This document shows positions 63,938 through 64,000 of a stretch of 64,000 bases of DNA, piece after piece. The stretch is from the IMG/VR virus record IMGVR_UViG_3300034072_002211, positions 213,445-277,444 of that record; one strand, 5' to 3'. Within the stretch, counting starts at the first letter, position 1. Every line of letters begins with the position of its first letter. Below the pieces are notes generated by a model. That model was not told where the DNA came from. It did not search any database and saw only the letters and a list, made by a program, of their open reading frames with translations. The position numbers and the translations under genes are program-made.

Positions 63938-64000
63938 TGGATCACTGGGGAATCGAACCCCATGACGACCGCATTGCAAGTGCAGTCCGCTACCCCATAG
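63938..64000 (-). tRNA. tRNA-Ala(UGC), 5' end cut by window edge
   Basis: Loop CTTGCAA, T arm, U70 and A73. Confidence 0.8.

Noticed and set aside
60759-64000. Short ORFs across the tRNA cluster (e.g. 61111..61623, 63305..63505, 63558..63743)
   Set aside because: They coincide with tRNA, rnpB and 6S-like genes

Overview
A 64-kb segment of a large lytic bacteriophage genome. T4-like late promoter motif TAAATA, spanins and a tail-fibre cassette; host probably an alphaproteobacterium, judged from class I LysRS, alpha-type Prs, a NepR-like peptide and a 6S-like RNA. About 100 mostly minus-strand small ORFs, many with their own sigma70-like promoter/RBS cassette. No integrase, CRISPR array or rRNA was seen. 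Recognisable proteins: NadE, two 2OG-Fe(II) oxygenases, PolA-type exonuclease, GNAT, Pth2, Bfd, two HD hydrolases, LysRS-I, SerRS, YqeY, 2H phosphoesterase, SF2 helicase, AAA+ ATPase, PTP-like phosphatase, Nudix, Fet4-like permease, GalE, BI-1/YccA, N4/N6 DNA MTase and Prs. The most striking content is non-coding RNA. It includes 26 tRNA or tRNA-like genes (an amber CUA tRNA, a long-arm Ile-UAU and four Arg isoacceptors) and seven Y RNAs, three of which embed a permuted tRNA retaining CCA. It also includes a compact RNase P RNA, a 186-nt tmRNA-like gene, a 6S-like RNA, and a ~1-kb GOLLD-like RNA with an upstream mini-paralog. Unassigned structured RNAs include an ~800-nt array of four UUCG-capped structural repeats next to DnaA boxes and a 300-nt RNA with a group II D5-like hairpin. 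All calls were made by eye from motifs and base-pairing; no searches were run.
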